Below, piece by piece: positions 38,048 through 47,943 of a stretch of 64,000 nucleotides of DNA. Source of the stretch: Candidatus Eiseniibacteriota bacterium (lineage in GTDB: Bacteria > Eisenbacteria > RBG-16-71-46 > SZUA-252); contig OY969801.1 of assembly GCA_963703225.1 (NCBI GenBank), positions 1,312,001 through 1,376,000 of the forward strand, in the 5' to 3' direction. The translations under genes were made by a program, and so were the position numbers. The notes under the pieces are model-generated. The model had not been told where the DNA came from, searched no databases, and saw nothing but the letters and a program-made list of their open reading frames with translations. Numbering within the stretch: the first letter of the stretch is position 1; every line of letters starts with the position of its first letter.

Positions 38048-40497
38048 TCGATTCGAAGAAGAGGATTCGGCGGTACCGGGGCGCTGGTCTTGGCGCCGGC
38101 GGCGCCGCGCTCGTCCGCTTCGCGGTCCTTTGGGTCGTGGCAGCTTCGGCCCTCTGCGGGGGAGCTCGCCCGGCGCGGGCCATTGACGCGCCGGCGCCAG
38201 GGGCGCCGCCCGACTCCACCCGTTCCGCTCCCGCCCCGGCCCTGACGATCCCGCGAGAGAGTGAGGCAGGCGAGTCGACCCGGCCGATCCGGTCGATTCG
38301 GGCCACCGGGTTCGTCCACGTCGACTCCATGGTCATCATTCGGACGTTCGGGCTTCGGGTCGGCGATCCCTACGGCCGCGAGACCGTGCGCGACGGCGTT
38401 CGCCGTCTCTTCCAAAGCGGGCTCTACACCGACGTGAACGTGGTCGACGCGGTCGAGGGGGAGGGCGTGGGCCTCACCGTGGTCGTCGCCGAGCGCCCTC
38501 GGATCAAGGGGATCAAGTTCAAGGGCTCGGGGAAGATCGAGGAGTCGAAGCTCAAGGCCAAGCTGACGAGCAGCGAGGGGCAGCTCCTGGACCAGGGGGT
38601 CTTGGATCTCGACGCCGGGAAGGTCGCGGAGGCGTACGCGGAAGAGGGGTACGCGCTCGCCAAAGTGAGGGCGCGGACCCAGGTGTCGGACCCGGGCGTG
38701 GTGGACGTCGTCTTCGAAGTCGAGGAAGGATCCAAGGTGAAGGTGCGGGAGGTCCAGGTCCATGGATACCGCGGCACGCTCACGCTCCATCCGGAAGATC
38801 TCCAGGGCGCGATGAAGAGCAAGACGCCCGGGTTCCTTCGGGGAGGAGTCTACAAGCCCTCGCAGCTCGACCAGGATGCCACGCAGCTCCGCCTCTTCAT
38901 GCGGAGCCGGGGATTCAAGGACGCCGACGTTGACTCGATCCGACCGGTCTACACCCCGGACGGCAAGGGGGTCGCGCTCCACGTCTACGTTCGGGAGGGG
39001 TCGCGGTACCGCTTCGGGAACGTCGTCTGGAGCGGGAACACGATCGTACCGACGCCGGCGCTCGATGAGATCACCACCGTGAACCGGTTCGCCCCGTACA
39101 GCGAATCGGCGCTGCACAAGACGCTCGAGGGCGCCTACACGCTCTACCAGGAGCAGGGCTTTCTCTATCTGTCGATCGAGCCACGGTTCACGGAGCGCGA
39201 CTCCATCGTGGACGTCGACTTCGCGGTCCAGGAGGGCTCCCGGACCCGGGTCGCCGATCTCCAGATCGTTGGGAACACACGGACGAAGGAGAACGTCATT
39301 CGACGCGAAGCTTCCGTCCGTCCGGGGGACATATTCCGGAGATCCTCTTTGATCCGGACGCAGCGGGACATCTTCGGCCTCGGATTCTTTCAGGACGTCA
39401 CGGTGGACTACGAGCCGACCGGGGACAGCAGCGACATCAACCTCACGCTCAAGGTGCAGGAGAAGCAAACCGGCACGGCGAGCGCCGGGGCCGGTTTCGC
39501 CAGCAGCACGGGACTGACGGGATTCATCGAGCTTGGCCACAACAACCTCTTCGGGAACGGGCAAAGCATCAACATCCACCTGGAGCGCGGGGCCAAGCGG
39601 AGCAGCTACGAGGTCGGGTTTACCGATCCCTGGTTTCGAGATACCCCGCTCACGCTGGGATTCAGCCTCTTCAACACCATGCGGGAGCTGGACGTCTACA
39701 ATCGGAGGGACGTGGGCGGCGGCATCCGCGTGGGCCGGCCGTTGGCCTGGCCCGACTACACCCGCGGCCTTGTTTCCTATGACCTCCGCAACGTGACGCT
39801 CTCCGACTTCGTCAAGCCTCAACCCGGAGAGTCGAGCAACCTGACGCAGCTCCGAAACACCAACTGGCCCCGCCTGGTCAGCAGCGTGACGCTGAGCTTC
39901 TCCCGGGTGAGCACGGACAATCCCTTTTACGCCTCGCGAGGGTCCCGCATCGCCTGGACCAACACGTTTGCCGGGGGTGCCCTCGGGGGCGTCGAAAACT
40001 TCTACAAGGGCACGTTCGACATCAAGAACTACAGCCGTCTCCAGGGCCCCCTCGTCCTCATGCTCCGCGGCAGGACCGGATTCTTGGGCGGGGGGAGCGT
40101 CCCCGACTACGAGCGATTCCGCCTGGGGGGCACGACCGTTGATTACCTGAGGGGGTATCCCGATTACTATGTGGTGCCCAGGAACAACATCACCAAGGAC
40201 CCGGTCACCGGGGTGGTCCTGGAACGCTACCCGGGAGGGCGAAAGATGCTCATCGCGGGGGCGGAGATCCAGTTCCCGATCGCCGATCCGCTCCACGGCC
40301 TCTTCTTCTTCGACGCCGGAAATACTTGGAATTCGACCCGGGAGATCGACCTGGGAGATCTGAGGCGCTCGGTCGGTATGGGAATCCGATTCGAGGTACC
40401 CGCGCTGGGGAGGATCGGCCTCGACTTTGGGTACGGGCTGGACCGAGAGGAAGGGGGCGGGTGGAAGACCCACTTCCAACTCGGTAACACTCTGTGA
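38044..40497 (+). CDS. bamA: Outer-membrane protein assembly factor
   Basis: Five POTRA domains (e.g. GNTRTKENVIRRE), barrel with LGG...LRGY, followed by skp and lpxD. Confidence 0.95.
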   Translation: MIDSKKRIRRYRGAGLGAGGAALVRFAVLWVVAASALCGGARPARAIDAPAPGAPPDSTRSAPAPALTIPRESEAGESTRPIRSIRATGFVHVDSMVIIRTFGLRVGDPYGRETVRDGVRRLFQSGLYTDVNVVDAVEGEGVGLTVVVAERPRIKGIKFKGSGKIEESKLKAKLTSSEGQLLDQGVLDLDAGKVAEAYAEEGYALAKVRARTQVSDPGVVDVVFEVEEGSKVKVREVQVHGYRGTLTLHPEDLQGAMKSKTPGFLRGGVYKPSQLDQDATQLRLFMRSRGFKDADVDSIRPVYTPDGKGVALHVYVREGSRYRFGNVVWSGNTIVPTPALDEITTVNRFAPYSESALHKTLEGAYTLYQEQGFLYLSIEPRFTERDSIVDVDFAVQEGSRTRVADLQIVGNTRTKENVIRREASVRPGDIFRRSSLIRTQRDIFGLGFFQDVTVDYEPTGDSSDINLTLKVQEKQTGTASAGAGFASSTGLTGFIELGHNNLFGNGQSINIHLERGAKRSSYEVGFTDPWFRDTPLTLGFSLFNTMRELDVYNRRDVGGGIRVGRPLAWPDYTRGLVSYDLRNVTLSDFVKPQPGESSNLTQLRNTNWPRLVSSVTLSFSRVSTDNPFYASRGSRIAWTNTFAGGALGGVENFYKGTFDIKNYSRLQGPLVLMLRGRTGFLGGGSVPDYERFRLGGTTVDYLRGYPDYYVVPRNNITKDPVTGVVLERYPGGRKMLIAGAEIQFPIADPLHGLFFFDAGNTWNSTREIDLGDLRRSVGMGIRFEVPALGRIGLDFGYGLDREEGGGWKTHFQLGNTL

Positions 40498-40513
40498 GAA
40501 AAGGGGTTAGGTT

Positions 40514-41129
40514 ATGACTCGACACCAGGCCCGGGGTGCGCTAATCTGGGCTTGCCTGTGCTGCGCGGTCGGCCTTGGGGCGGGTCGTGCGGGGTTTGGG
40601 GCCGATCTGAAGATCGGGTTCATTGACTCGGATCGGATCTTTGCCGAGTATGCCAAGACCCAAGAGGCACAGGAAGCATTCAACCGGGAGGTAAAGGAGC
40701 TCTCGAAAACCGCCCGGGAGAAGAAGACCGAGATCGACGAGCTGCAGCGAAAGCTCGATCAACAGGGCCCGATGCTCAGCGAGGCCAAGCGCGACGAGCA
40801 GAATCGGGAGATCCAGCGAAAAATGAGCGAATACGAGACGTTCGTCCAGACCAACTGGGGTCCGGGCGGCAGGATATCCAAGCTCAATGAAGAGTACTTG
40901 AGGCCGATCGTCGACCGCGTGCATGGCATCGTGGCCGAGTTCGGGACCGAGGAGGGGTTTTCCCTGATTCTGGACGCCGCGGACGGGAACATCGTATTTG
41001 GCGACAAGATCCCTCGATCTGACCGATCGGGTCCTCGTCGCGCTCAAGGAGGAGGACCAGGGCGTGCGCCACAAGCCATCCCAGACCAGCGGTAGCCAGA
41101 CGGGCGGCACCACGCAGGGCCAGCAGTGA
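40514..41129 (+). CDS. skp: OmpH/Skp chaperone (frameshift near 41010)
   Basis: Signal peptide, KIGFID, long coiled coil. DLTDRVL C-terminus is in the shifted frame ending at TGA 41129. Confidence 0.88.
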
Positions 41130-41204
41130 GCGGCACGCTCGACCGAGCGCCTGACGCCCCGATCCACCGGTGCGGGGGCCCTTGCTCTCGGTAGGGAGCC
41201 TCGG

Positions 41205-42242
41205 ATGAAAGTCACGCTGGACACCGTCGCCAAGGCAATCGACGGTACCGTCGTCGGAGACGGGTCCGTCGAGATCACGGGCGTCGCCGGGATTCGCGAG
41301 GCCCGGGAGGGAGAGCTCACCTTCCTGGCCAATCCCCGCTATGAACCCTATCTGGAATTCACGAACGCCTCCGCGATCATCGTCGCCGAGAATCACCGGA
41401 GCAGCAGAAAGCCGCTCATCCAGAATTCGAATCCCTACCTTGCCTTTCTGAAGGCGGTGCGGTTCTTCCAGGGGGACGAGGAGCGGCCGGCGGCGGGGAT
41501 GCACGCATCCGCGGTCGTCGCGTCGGACGCGTTCGTGGACCCCACCGCCCACGTCGGCCCGCACGTCGTCCTGGAGCGGGGCGCCTGGGTCGGTCCGAGG
41601 GCGATTGTCCACGCGGGCTGCTACGTCGGAGCGCGGGCGCGCGTCGGAGCCGATTCACTTCTGTATCCCAACGTGACCCTGCGCGAGAGCTGCGAGCTGG
41701 GGGAGCGCGTGATCGTCCACTCGGGCGCCGTGATCGGAAGCGACGGCTTTGGGTTCGTGCGGGACGGGTCCATCCATCGCAAGGTGCCGCAGATCGGAAA
41801 CGTCGTCGTGGAAGACGACGTCGAGCTGGGCTCCTGCGTGACGATCGACCGGGCCACGACCGGCACGACCCGGATCGGCGCCGGAAGCAAGATCGACAAC
41901 CTGGTCCAGATCGCCCACAACGTTCAAGTCGGAAAGAATTGCATCATCGTCGCCCAGGTCGGGATCTCGGGGAGCACCGTGCTGGGGAATGACGTGGTCT
42001 TGGCCGGCCAGGCCGGCCTCGTGGGTCACATCGAGATCGGAGCGGGCGCGATGATTGGCGCGAAATCGGGTGTTTCGAAGTCGGTGAAGGCGGGCGAGCG
42101 TCTTTCCGGCTGTCCGGCGCTGCCGGTCACCCAGACGAAGAGGATCGAGGCCAGCTTGCGGCAGCTACCCGAGCTCATCCAGACGGTCCGCAAGTTGCGG
42201 CGGCGCGTGGAGGAGCTCGAGGGACCCTCCAGCCCCCAGTGA
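41205..42242 (+). CDS. lpxD: UDP-3-O-acyl-glucosamine N-acyltransferase
   Basis: Hexapeptide repeats, IGSDGFG, KIDNLVQIAHN. Confidence 0.96.
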   Translation: MKVTLDTVAKAIDGTVVGDGSVEITGVAGIREAREGELTFLANPRYEPYLEFTNASAIIVAENHRSSRKPLIQNSNPYLAFLKAVRFFQGDEERPAAGMHASAVVASDAFVDPTAHVGPHVVLERGAWVGPRAIVHAGCYVGARARVGADSLLYPNVTLRESCELGERVIVHSGAVIGSDGFGFVRDGSIHRKVPQIGNVVVEDDVELGSCVTIDRATTGTTRIGAGSKIDNLVQIAHNVQVGKNCIIVAQVGISGSTVLGNDVVLAGQAGLVGHIEIGAGAMIGAKSGVSKSVKAGERLSGCPALPVTQTKRIEASLRQLPELIQTVRKLRRRVEELEGPSSPQ

Positions 42243-43573
42243 ACACCCCCAACCAGAGGACCCTCGCCCGCGTCGTCTCGTTCGACGGGATCGGCCTCCA
42301 CACCGGCGTGGCCTGCCATGTCGAATTCCGCCCCGCGTCGCTCGGTACCGGAATTCGATTCGTGCGCCTCGACCTGCCCGGCCATCCCGAAATTCCGGTG
42401 GCGCCACGCTTCGCGCGCGCCGACACCGACCACATGCGGCGGACGATCCTCAAGAACGGCAACGCCGAAGTCCACACGGTGGAGCATATCCTGGCAGCCG
42501 CGGCCGGGCTCGGCATCGACAACCTCATCATCGCGCTGAACGCGCAGGAGCCGCCGGAGCCCGCCGACGGCAGCGCCGGGCCCTACGTACGGCTCTTCCA
42601 GGAGGCGGGGATCGTCGAGCAGCCGGCGCCGCGCCGCTATTTCCGGGTGACCGAACCGATCCGTTACGAAGAGGACGGCGTGATCCTGGTCGGACTGCCC
42701 CACGAGGGACTGCGCGTTACGTTCACCATCGAATATTCCAATGCGTGGCGGGGCACCCAGCACGCGACCTACGACATCGATCCCGAAATCTTCATCCGCG
42801 AGATCGCGCCCGCGCGGACGTTCGTGCTCGAGCGCGACGTGGAGCGTCTTCGGGCCCGGGGCATGATCCTGGGCGGCACGCTGCAGAACGCGGTGGTCGT
42901 TCAGCCCACGGGGATCTTGAATCAGGAGCCGCTCCGCTTTGAGGACGAGTTCGTCCGGCACAAGATCCTCGATTTTCTGGGGGATCTCTACCTCCTGGGC
43001 CGGCCGGCGCGCGGCCACTTTCTCTCGATCAAATCGGGGCATGCGACCAACGTGCGGTTTGTTCAGCGGCTCGCCGCCTCGGAGGAGCCCGGAAATCTCC
43101 TTCGGACCGGAGCCGCGAACGGCGACTCAGGGCCCATCCAGCTGGACATCAACGCAATCCAGAGGATCATGCCCCACCGGTATCCGTTCCTCCTCGTCGA
43201 CCGCATTTTGAGTCTCGAGGCGACCCGGGTCGAGGGGATCAAGAACGTCACCATCAACGAGCCGTTCTTCGCGGGACATTTCCCGGGCCATCCGATCATG
43301 CCTGCGGTGCTGATCGTCGAGGCCATGGCGCAGTGTGGAGGCGTATTGCTCCTCAACACGGTCGAGCGCCCCAAGGAAAGGTTGGTCTACCTGACAGGAG
43401 TCAACAACGCGAAGTTTCGCAAACCCGTGCGGCCGGGGGACCAGCTCCGTCTCGAGCTGACTCTGCTCCGCCTCAAGCAACGGATCTGCAAGATGGAGGG
43501 GAAGGCCTACGTCGATGGAGACCTCGTCGCGGAAGCAGAGCTTCTCTCAAGCATTGTCGAACGCAATCCCTGA
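42239..43573 (+). CDS. lpxC-fabZ: Bifunctional LpxC/FabZ
   Basis: GIGLHTG, TVEHIL, RHKILD, then PHRYPFLLVD and GHFPGHPIMPAVLIVEAM in one frame. Confidence 0.96.
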   Translation: MNTPNQRTLARVVSFDGIGLHTGVACHVEFRPASLGTGIRFVRLDLPGHPEIPVAPRFARADTDHMRRTILKNGNAEVHTVEHILAAAAGLGIDNLIIALNAQEPPEPADGSAGPYVRLFQEAGIVEQPAPRRYFRVTEPIRYEEDGVILVGLPHEGLRVTFTIEYSNAWRGTQHATYDIDPEIFIREIAPARTFVLERDVERLRARGMILGGTLQNAVVVQPTGILNQEPLRFEDEFVRHKILDFLGDLYLLGRPARGHFLSIKSGHATNVRFVQRLAASEEPGNLLRTGAANGDSGPIQLDINAIQRIMPHRYPFLLVDRILSLEATRVEGIKNVTINEPFFAGHFPGHPIMPAVLIVEAMAQCGGVLLLNTVERPKERLVYLTGVNNAKFRKPVRPGDQLRLELTLLRLKQRICKMEGKAYVDGDLVAEAELLSSIVERNP

Positions 43574-43616
43574 AGTAGACCGACTGACCGGGACGTGGGC
43601 GCGGGTGGGGGGCGAA

Positions 43617-44423
43617 GTGTTGCCTCTGCCGAGCCAGCGTGAGGCATTCCGACCGTCCATCCACCCCACGGCGATCGTCGAGAAGGGGGCGGAGCTGGGT
43701 CCCGGAACGGTCGTGGGGCCCTTCGCCTACGTTGGGCCTCGGGTGACTCTCGGCGAGGGGACCCGCGTCGGGCTCCACGCGGTCATCGAGGGTCGCGCCA
43801 CGATCGGGGCCCGGTGCCAGATCCACCACGGCGCGGTCATCGGAAACTTGCCCCAAGATCTCAAGTATCGAGGGGCGCCGAGCGAGGTCATCATCGGAAA
43901 CGACACGACGGTGCGCGAGTACGCCACCGTCCACGCCGCGACCGAAGAGGGGGAGGCGACGCGGGTCGGAGACCACGTGCTCCTCATGGCCTACGCCCAC
44001 GTCGCGCACAACTGTCGGTTGGGGAACCACGTCATCCTCGCGAACGCGGTGAACCTCGCCGGTCACGTCCGCGTGGACGACTACGCGATTTTGGGTGGCC
44101 TGACGCCGGTCCACCAATTCGTCGCGATCGGGTGCCATTCCTTCGTCGGCGGAGGCTCGCGTGTGCCCCAGGACGTTCCGCCCTTCGTGAAGGCTGCGGG
44201 CAATCCGCTCCGCGCGTGCGGGCTCAACGCGGTCGGGATGGACCGCCGGGGCATTCCGGCTGAAGTGAGGCTGGAGCTGAAACGGGCCTACCGGATTCTC
44301 TATCGGTCGCAGCTCAACGTGACCCAGGCGCTCGACCGGATCCTGGGGGAGCTGAAGCCCTACCCCGAGGTTCACGAGTTTGTCGAGTTCGTCCGGAGCT
44401 CGGAGCGGGGCATCGTTCGGTGA
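43617..44423 (+). CDS. lpxA: Acyl-ACP--UDP-GlcNAc acyltransferase
   Basis: IHPTAIV, PQDLKY, HVAHNC, LAGHV, HQFV, QDVPPF. Start approximate. Confidence 0.95.
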   Translation: MLPLPSQREAFRPSIHPTAIVEKGAELGPGTVVGPFAYVGPRVTLGEGTRVGLHAVIEGRATIGARCQIHHGAVIGNLPQDLKYRGAPSEVIIGNDTTVREYATVHAATEEGEATRVGDHVLLMAYAHVAHNCRLGNHVILANAVNLAGHVRVDDYAILGGLTPVHQFVAIGCHSFVGGGSRVPQDVPPFVKAAGNPLRACGLNAVGMDRRGIPAEVRLELKRAYRILYRSQLNVTQALDRILGELKPYPEVHEFVEFVRSSERGIVR

Positions 44424-45394
44424 CACCGCTGCGCGTCGGGGTGGTCGGGGTCGGACACCTCGGGAGCCACCACGCGCGCGCCTGGAAGCGGATCTCGGAG
44501 GTGACCCTGGTCGGGGGCTACGACCCCGCTCCCGGCGCCCGGGAGCGGGCGGCCAGCGAGCTGGGGTTGACCCCATTCGAATCCCTGGAGCCGCTTCTCG
44601 ACTCCATCGATCTGGTTTCGATCGCGGCGCCCACCCAAGCCCATGCCGATCTCGCGATCGAGGCGCTCTCACGAGGCATCCAGGTGCTCGTCGAGAAACC
44701 GATCGCGGAGCGCCCGGAGCAGGGGGAGCGCATGCTCGCGGCGGCCCGCGAGGCGCGCGTCGCGCTCTCGGTCGGACACGTCGAGCGCCACAATCCCGCC
44801 GTCTCGGCCGCGCTCCCGCACCTCCATTCGCCCCGATTCATCGAAGCCCATAGGCTGGCGCCCCCCGTGAACCGGGGAATCGATGTGGATGTGGTGCTCG
44901 ATCTCATGATCCACGACCTCGACCTCGCGCTCCTCGCCACCCGCTCGCGTATCGTGGAGATCCACGCGGTCGGCGTCCCGGTCCTCACCCCCCGCATCGA
45001 CATCGCGAACGCGCGGCTCGTATTCGAGAGCGGATGCGTGGCCAATTTGACCGCGAGCCGGATCTCCCGCGAGAAGATCCGGAAGATTCGATTCTTCGAA
45101 TCGAGCGAGTACCTCTCCATCGACTGCCTGAATCGTACGATCGAGGCATTCACGTTGGCGCCGGCGACCGAGTCGACCGGCCAGCCGGAAGAGTGGATGC
45201 GCCGGATCCGCCCCCTGCCGATCGTCGTGGCGGACGCGGACCCGCTGGAATCGGAGCTCAGGCACGTCCTCGCGCTCCGGAATGACCCGGAGCGGGCCTG
45301 GGCAGAGACGCAAACAGCGCTTCTGGCGCTCCGCGCCGCCGACTCGATCGGTCGGCAGATCGCCCCGCTGCTCCCCCAAGGCGTCCCGGTCTGA
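44420..45394 (+). CDS. Gfo/Idh/MocA oxidoreductase, GnnA-like
   Basis: GVGHLG, VEKP, GHVERHNP, DLMIHDLD, TASRIS. Located between lpxA and lpxB. Confidence 0.85.
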   Translation: MTPLRVGVVGVGHLGSHHARAWKRISEVTLVGGYDPAPGARERAASELGLTPFESLEPLLDSIDLVSIAAPTQAHADLAIEALSRGIQVLVEKPIAERPEQGERMLAAAREARVALSVGHVERHNPAVSAALPHLHSPRFIEAHRLAPPVNRGIDVDVVLDLMIHDLDLALLATRSRIVEIHAVGVPVLTPRIDIANARLVFESGCVANLTASRISREKIRKIRFFESSEYLSIDCLNRTIEAFTLAPATESTGQPEEWMRRIRPLPIVVADADPLESELRHVLALRNDPERAWAETQTALLALRAADSIGRQIAPLLPQGVPV

Positions 45395-46572
45395 CCGCGA
45401 TCCAGCTCATTGTTTCGGCCGGCGACCCGTCGGGGGACCGGTTGGGAGCGGCGCTGCTCGACGCGCTCCGACGTCGCGGAGTTCGGGTGGAGGCTTCCGG
45501 GTTGGGAGGTCCGGCGCTCCGCGCCGCTGGCCTTCGGGCCGTCACGCCGATGGAATCGGTCGCGGTCATGGGTTTCGCCAACGTCCTCCGCCACCTACCC
45601 GCGATCCACCGGGCCCGGATGGCCGTTCGGGGACTCTTGGAATCGAGCCCGGACGCGATCTTTCTGCCGATCGACTCTCCGGGGTTGAACCTCGGCCTGG
45701 CTCGGGCCGCACGGAAGCTGGGGCGCCATGTCGTCTACTATGTCTGCCCGCAAATCTGGGCCTGGGGCTATGGCCGGATCGCGCGCCTGCGCGAGGACGT
45801 CGACCTGACGCTCTTGCTCTTTCATTTCGAGGAGGAAATTCTGCGACGGGAGGGAGTGCGGGCGCGCTGGGTGGGACATCCGGCGGGCGCGCTCGCGCCC
45901 GATCCCGCCCGGCGCGAGGCGGCCCGACGCACGCTCGGTCTTGCTCCGGACGAGCGCTTGATCGCGCTCCTCCCGGGCAGCCGCCGCGGAGAGGTGCGCC
46001 GTCACCTGGCACCGATGCTCGACGCCGCGGGGAGGCTGGTCAATCACGGTGGGCGTGGAATCAAGGTCGCGGTGAGCGACGCCGGTGCGGTGGGCGGGGC
46101 ATCGCTCCGGGGCGAAGCAGGCAGCCTCTGGCGGATGATCCGCCCGACCCATCATCGAGGTGAGTCGGAGGAGCTGCTCCGCGCCGCCGACCTGGCGCTC
46201 GTCGCGTCCGGCACCGCGACGCTCGAGACCGCCGCACTCGGGGTTCCGATGGTCATCATCTACCGAACCAGCCCGATCAACTATGCCATCGCGCGTCGGG
46301 TGGTCCGCCTGCCGAGGATTGGGCTGGCCAACATCGTCGCGGGGGCCGACGTGGCGCCGGAGCGCATCCAGGCCAGGGCCACGGGGGCCGAGATCGCTTC
46401 GGCCGCGGCGATACTGCTCGACGATGTCGAAGCGAGGGAGCGGCAGCGCGCCGCGTTCGCGGCGCTGCCGGAGATTCTTGGAGGCGCCGGATCGTCGGAG
46501 CGCGCGGCCGACGCACTGCTGGCGTTCGCCGCCGAGCGAGGCGCGGCCCCCGCTCCGGTGTCAGCCGGCTGA
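45391..46572 (+). CDS. lpxB: Lipid-A-disaccharide synthase
   Basis: AGDPSGD, IDSPGLN, YVCPQIWAW, LPGSRRGE, SGTATLE. The conserved N-terminus requires a start near CTG 45391. Confidence 0.93.
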   Translation: MTAIQLIVSAGDPSGDRLGAALLDALRRRGVRVEASGLGGPALRAAGLRAVTPMESVAVMGFANVLRHLPAIHRARMAVRGLLESSPDAIFLPIDSPGLNLGLARAARKLGRHVVYYVCPQIWAWGYGRIARLREDVDLTLLLFHFEEEILRREGVRARWVGHPAGALAPDPARREAARRTLGLAPDERLIALLPGSRRGEVRRHLAPMLDAAGRLVNHGGRGIKVAVSDAGAVGGASLRGEAGSLWRMIRPTHHRGESEELLRAADLALVASGTATLETAALGVPMVIIYRTSPINYAIARRVVRLPRIGLANIVAGADVAPERIQARATGAEIASAAAILLDDVEARERQRAAFAALPEILGGAGSSERAADALLAFAAERGAAPAPVSAG

Positions 46573-46584
46573 GGCGGGAAGCCC

Positions 46585-47943
46585 GTGGCGTTGGGTCTTT
46601 CGATCTACCGGAGCACGACATCGATCGTGGGGTCGCTCCTTGGCGGGCTCCTCGCGCGCGCGGGATCGGCGGGCGGCGTCTGGCGCGCCGGATTCGTCGG
46701 TGCCACCCCGGAAGCGCTGCGGGGCGCGGGCTCGATCTGGGTCCACGGCGCCTCCATCGGAGAGGTGGGCATGGCGGGAACATGGATCGAGGCTCTCGTC
46801 GGCGGCGGCGCGAGCACCCCCATCTTACTCACCACGCGGACCGCGGCAGGATTGGCGCGGGCTCGCGCCGAGCTGGGGGATCGCGTCGCGGCGTCGATCG
46901 CGCCGCACGACTTTCCGGGGACGGTCGCGACCCGGTTCGACGCGGCGAGGCCTCGCCGGCTCGATCTGATCGAGACCGAGCTCTGGCCCAACATGATCGT
47001 GGAAGCGCGGCGACGGTCCGTGCCGGTTGTGCTCGTGAGCGCCACCGTCTCGGCGCGGACCGTGGGGCGGCTCCGCCGCTTCGGCCTCTCCGGTCGCGAT
47101 CTGTTCGGAGAAGGCGTCTACGCGCTTCCCCAGTCGGAGGCCCACGCCGCGCGGTTTCTGGCTCTCGGTGTGGACCGCGATCGGATCCGGGTTATCGGCG
47201 ATCTGAAAGCGAAGCGCCTCGATCACGGTGCCGAGCGGACTTCTCCCTTCGGTTCGCGGCCGGCGCTGATTTTCGGAAGCTTCAGACCGGGCGAGGAAGA
47301 TGCGGCGCGGCGCCTGGCGGAGCTCTTGGAAGCACGCCGGGATCGCGAGGACTCGGCCCTGGCCGAGCGGAGCGCGCGCCGGAGCATTGCGCCGAGCTTC
47401 GAGGGGAGGTCCCGAGCCGTGCTCGTCATCGCGCCGCGCCATCGTGAGGGAGAAGAGCGCGTTCGCGCGACCTTTCGCGCCACGCCCTTCGAGGTCTCGG
47501 AGCGCCGCGACGAATCCCGAGGGGCCGGGTCCGTGGGCGCGTGGATCGACGAGATTTCGCGGCGACCCGGTCCGCGGATCGGTCTCCTGGCCACGCGCGG
47601 CGAGCTGGCCACCGCGTACGAGCACGCGTGGGGCGTGGTCATCGGGGGAACCTTTGCCCGCTACGGCGGACACAACGTCTGGGAACCGGCCGCGAGGGGC
47701 TGCCCCGTGATCATCGGTCCCCATGGCGAGAATGTGACGGTGGCGGCCGAATCGGTGACCCGCGCGGGCGGTGGCGAGGTCGCCCGGAAGGGCGCGGCGG
47801 AAGCAGCGACGATCGTGGAGCGATGGATCTCCGACCCGGAGCTGGAGCGGGTGGGGGCCGCGGCGGAGCGCGCGGTGGCGGAGGCGTCCGGTGCCGCCCA
47901 ACGCGGGCTCGACGCGCTCGATGCATGGAGGGTGGTCCGCTGA
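46585..47943 (+). CDS. waaA: Kdo transferase
   Basis: IWVHGASIGE, ETELWPN, APRH, GGHNVWEPA. Confidence 0.88.
   Translation: MALGLSIYRSTTSIVGSLLGGLLARAGSAGGVWRAGFVGATPEALRGAGSIWVHGASIGEVGMAGTWIEALVGGGASTPILLTTRTAAGLARARAELGDRVAASIAPHDFPGTVATRFDAARPRRLDLIETELWPNMIVEARRRSVPVVLVSATVSARTVGRLRRFGLSGRDLFGEGVYALPQSEAHAARFLALGVDRDRIRVIGDLKAKRLDHGAERTSPFGSRPALIFGSFRPGEEDAARRLAELLEARRDREDSALAERSARRSIAPSFEGRSRAVLVIAPRHREGEERVRATFRATPFEVSERRDESRGAGSVGAWIDEISRRPGPRIGLLATRGELATAYEHAWGVVIGGTFARYGGHNVWEPAARGCPVIIGPHGENVTVAAESVTRAGGGEVARKGAAEAATIVERWISDPELERVGAAAERAVAEASGAAQRGLDALDAWRVVR

Noticed and set aside
42239..43573. LpxC-FabZ fusion as a novelty
   Set aside because: This fusion is well known in Bacteroidota and related lineages.
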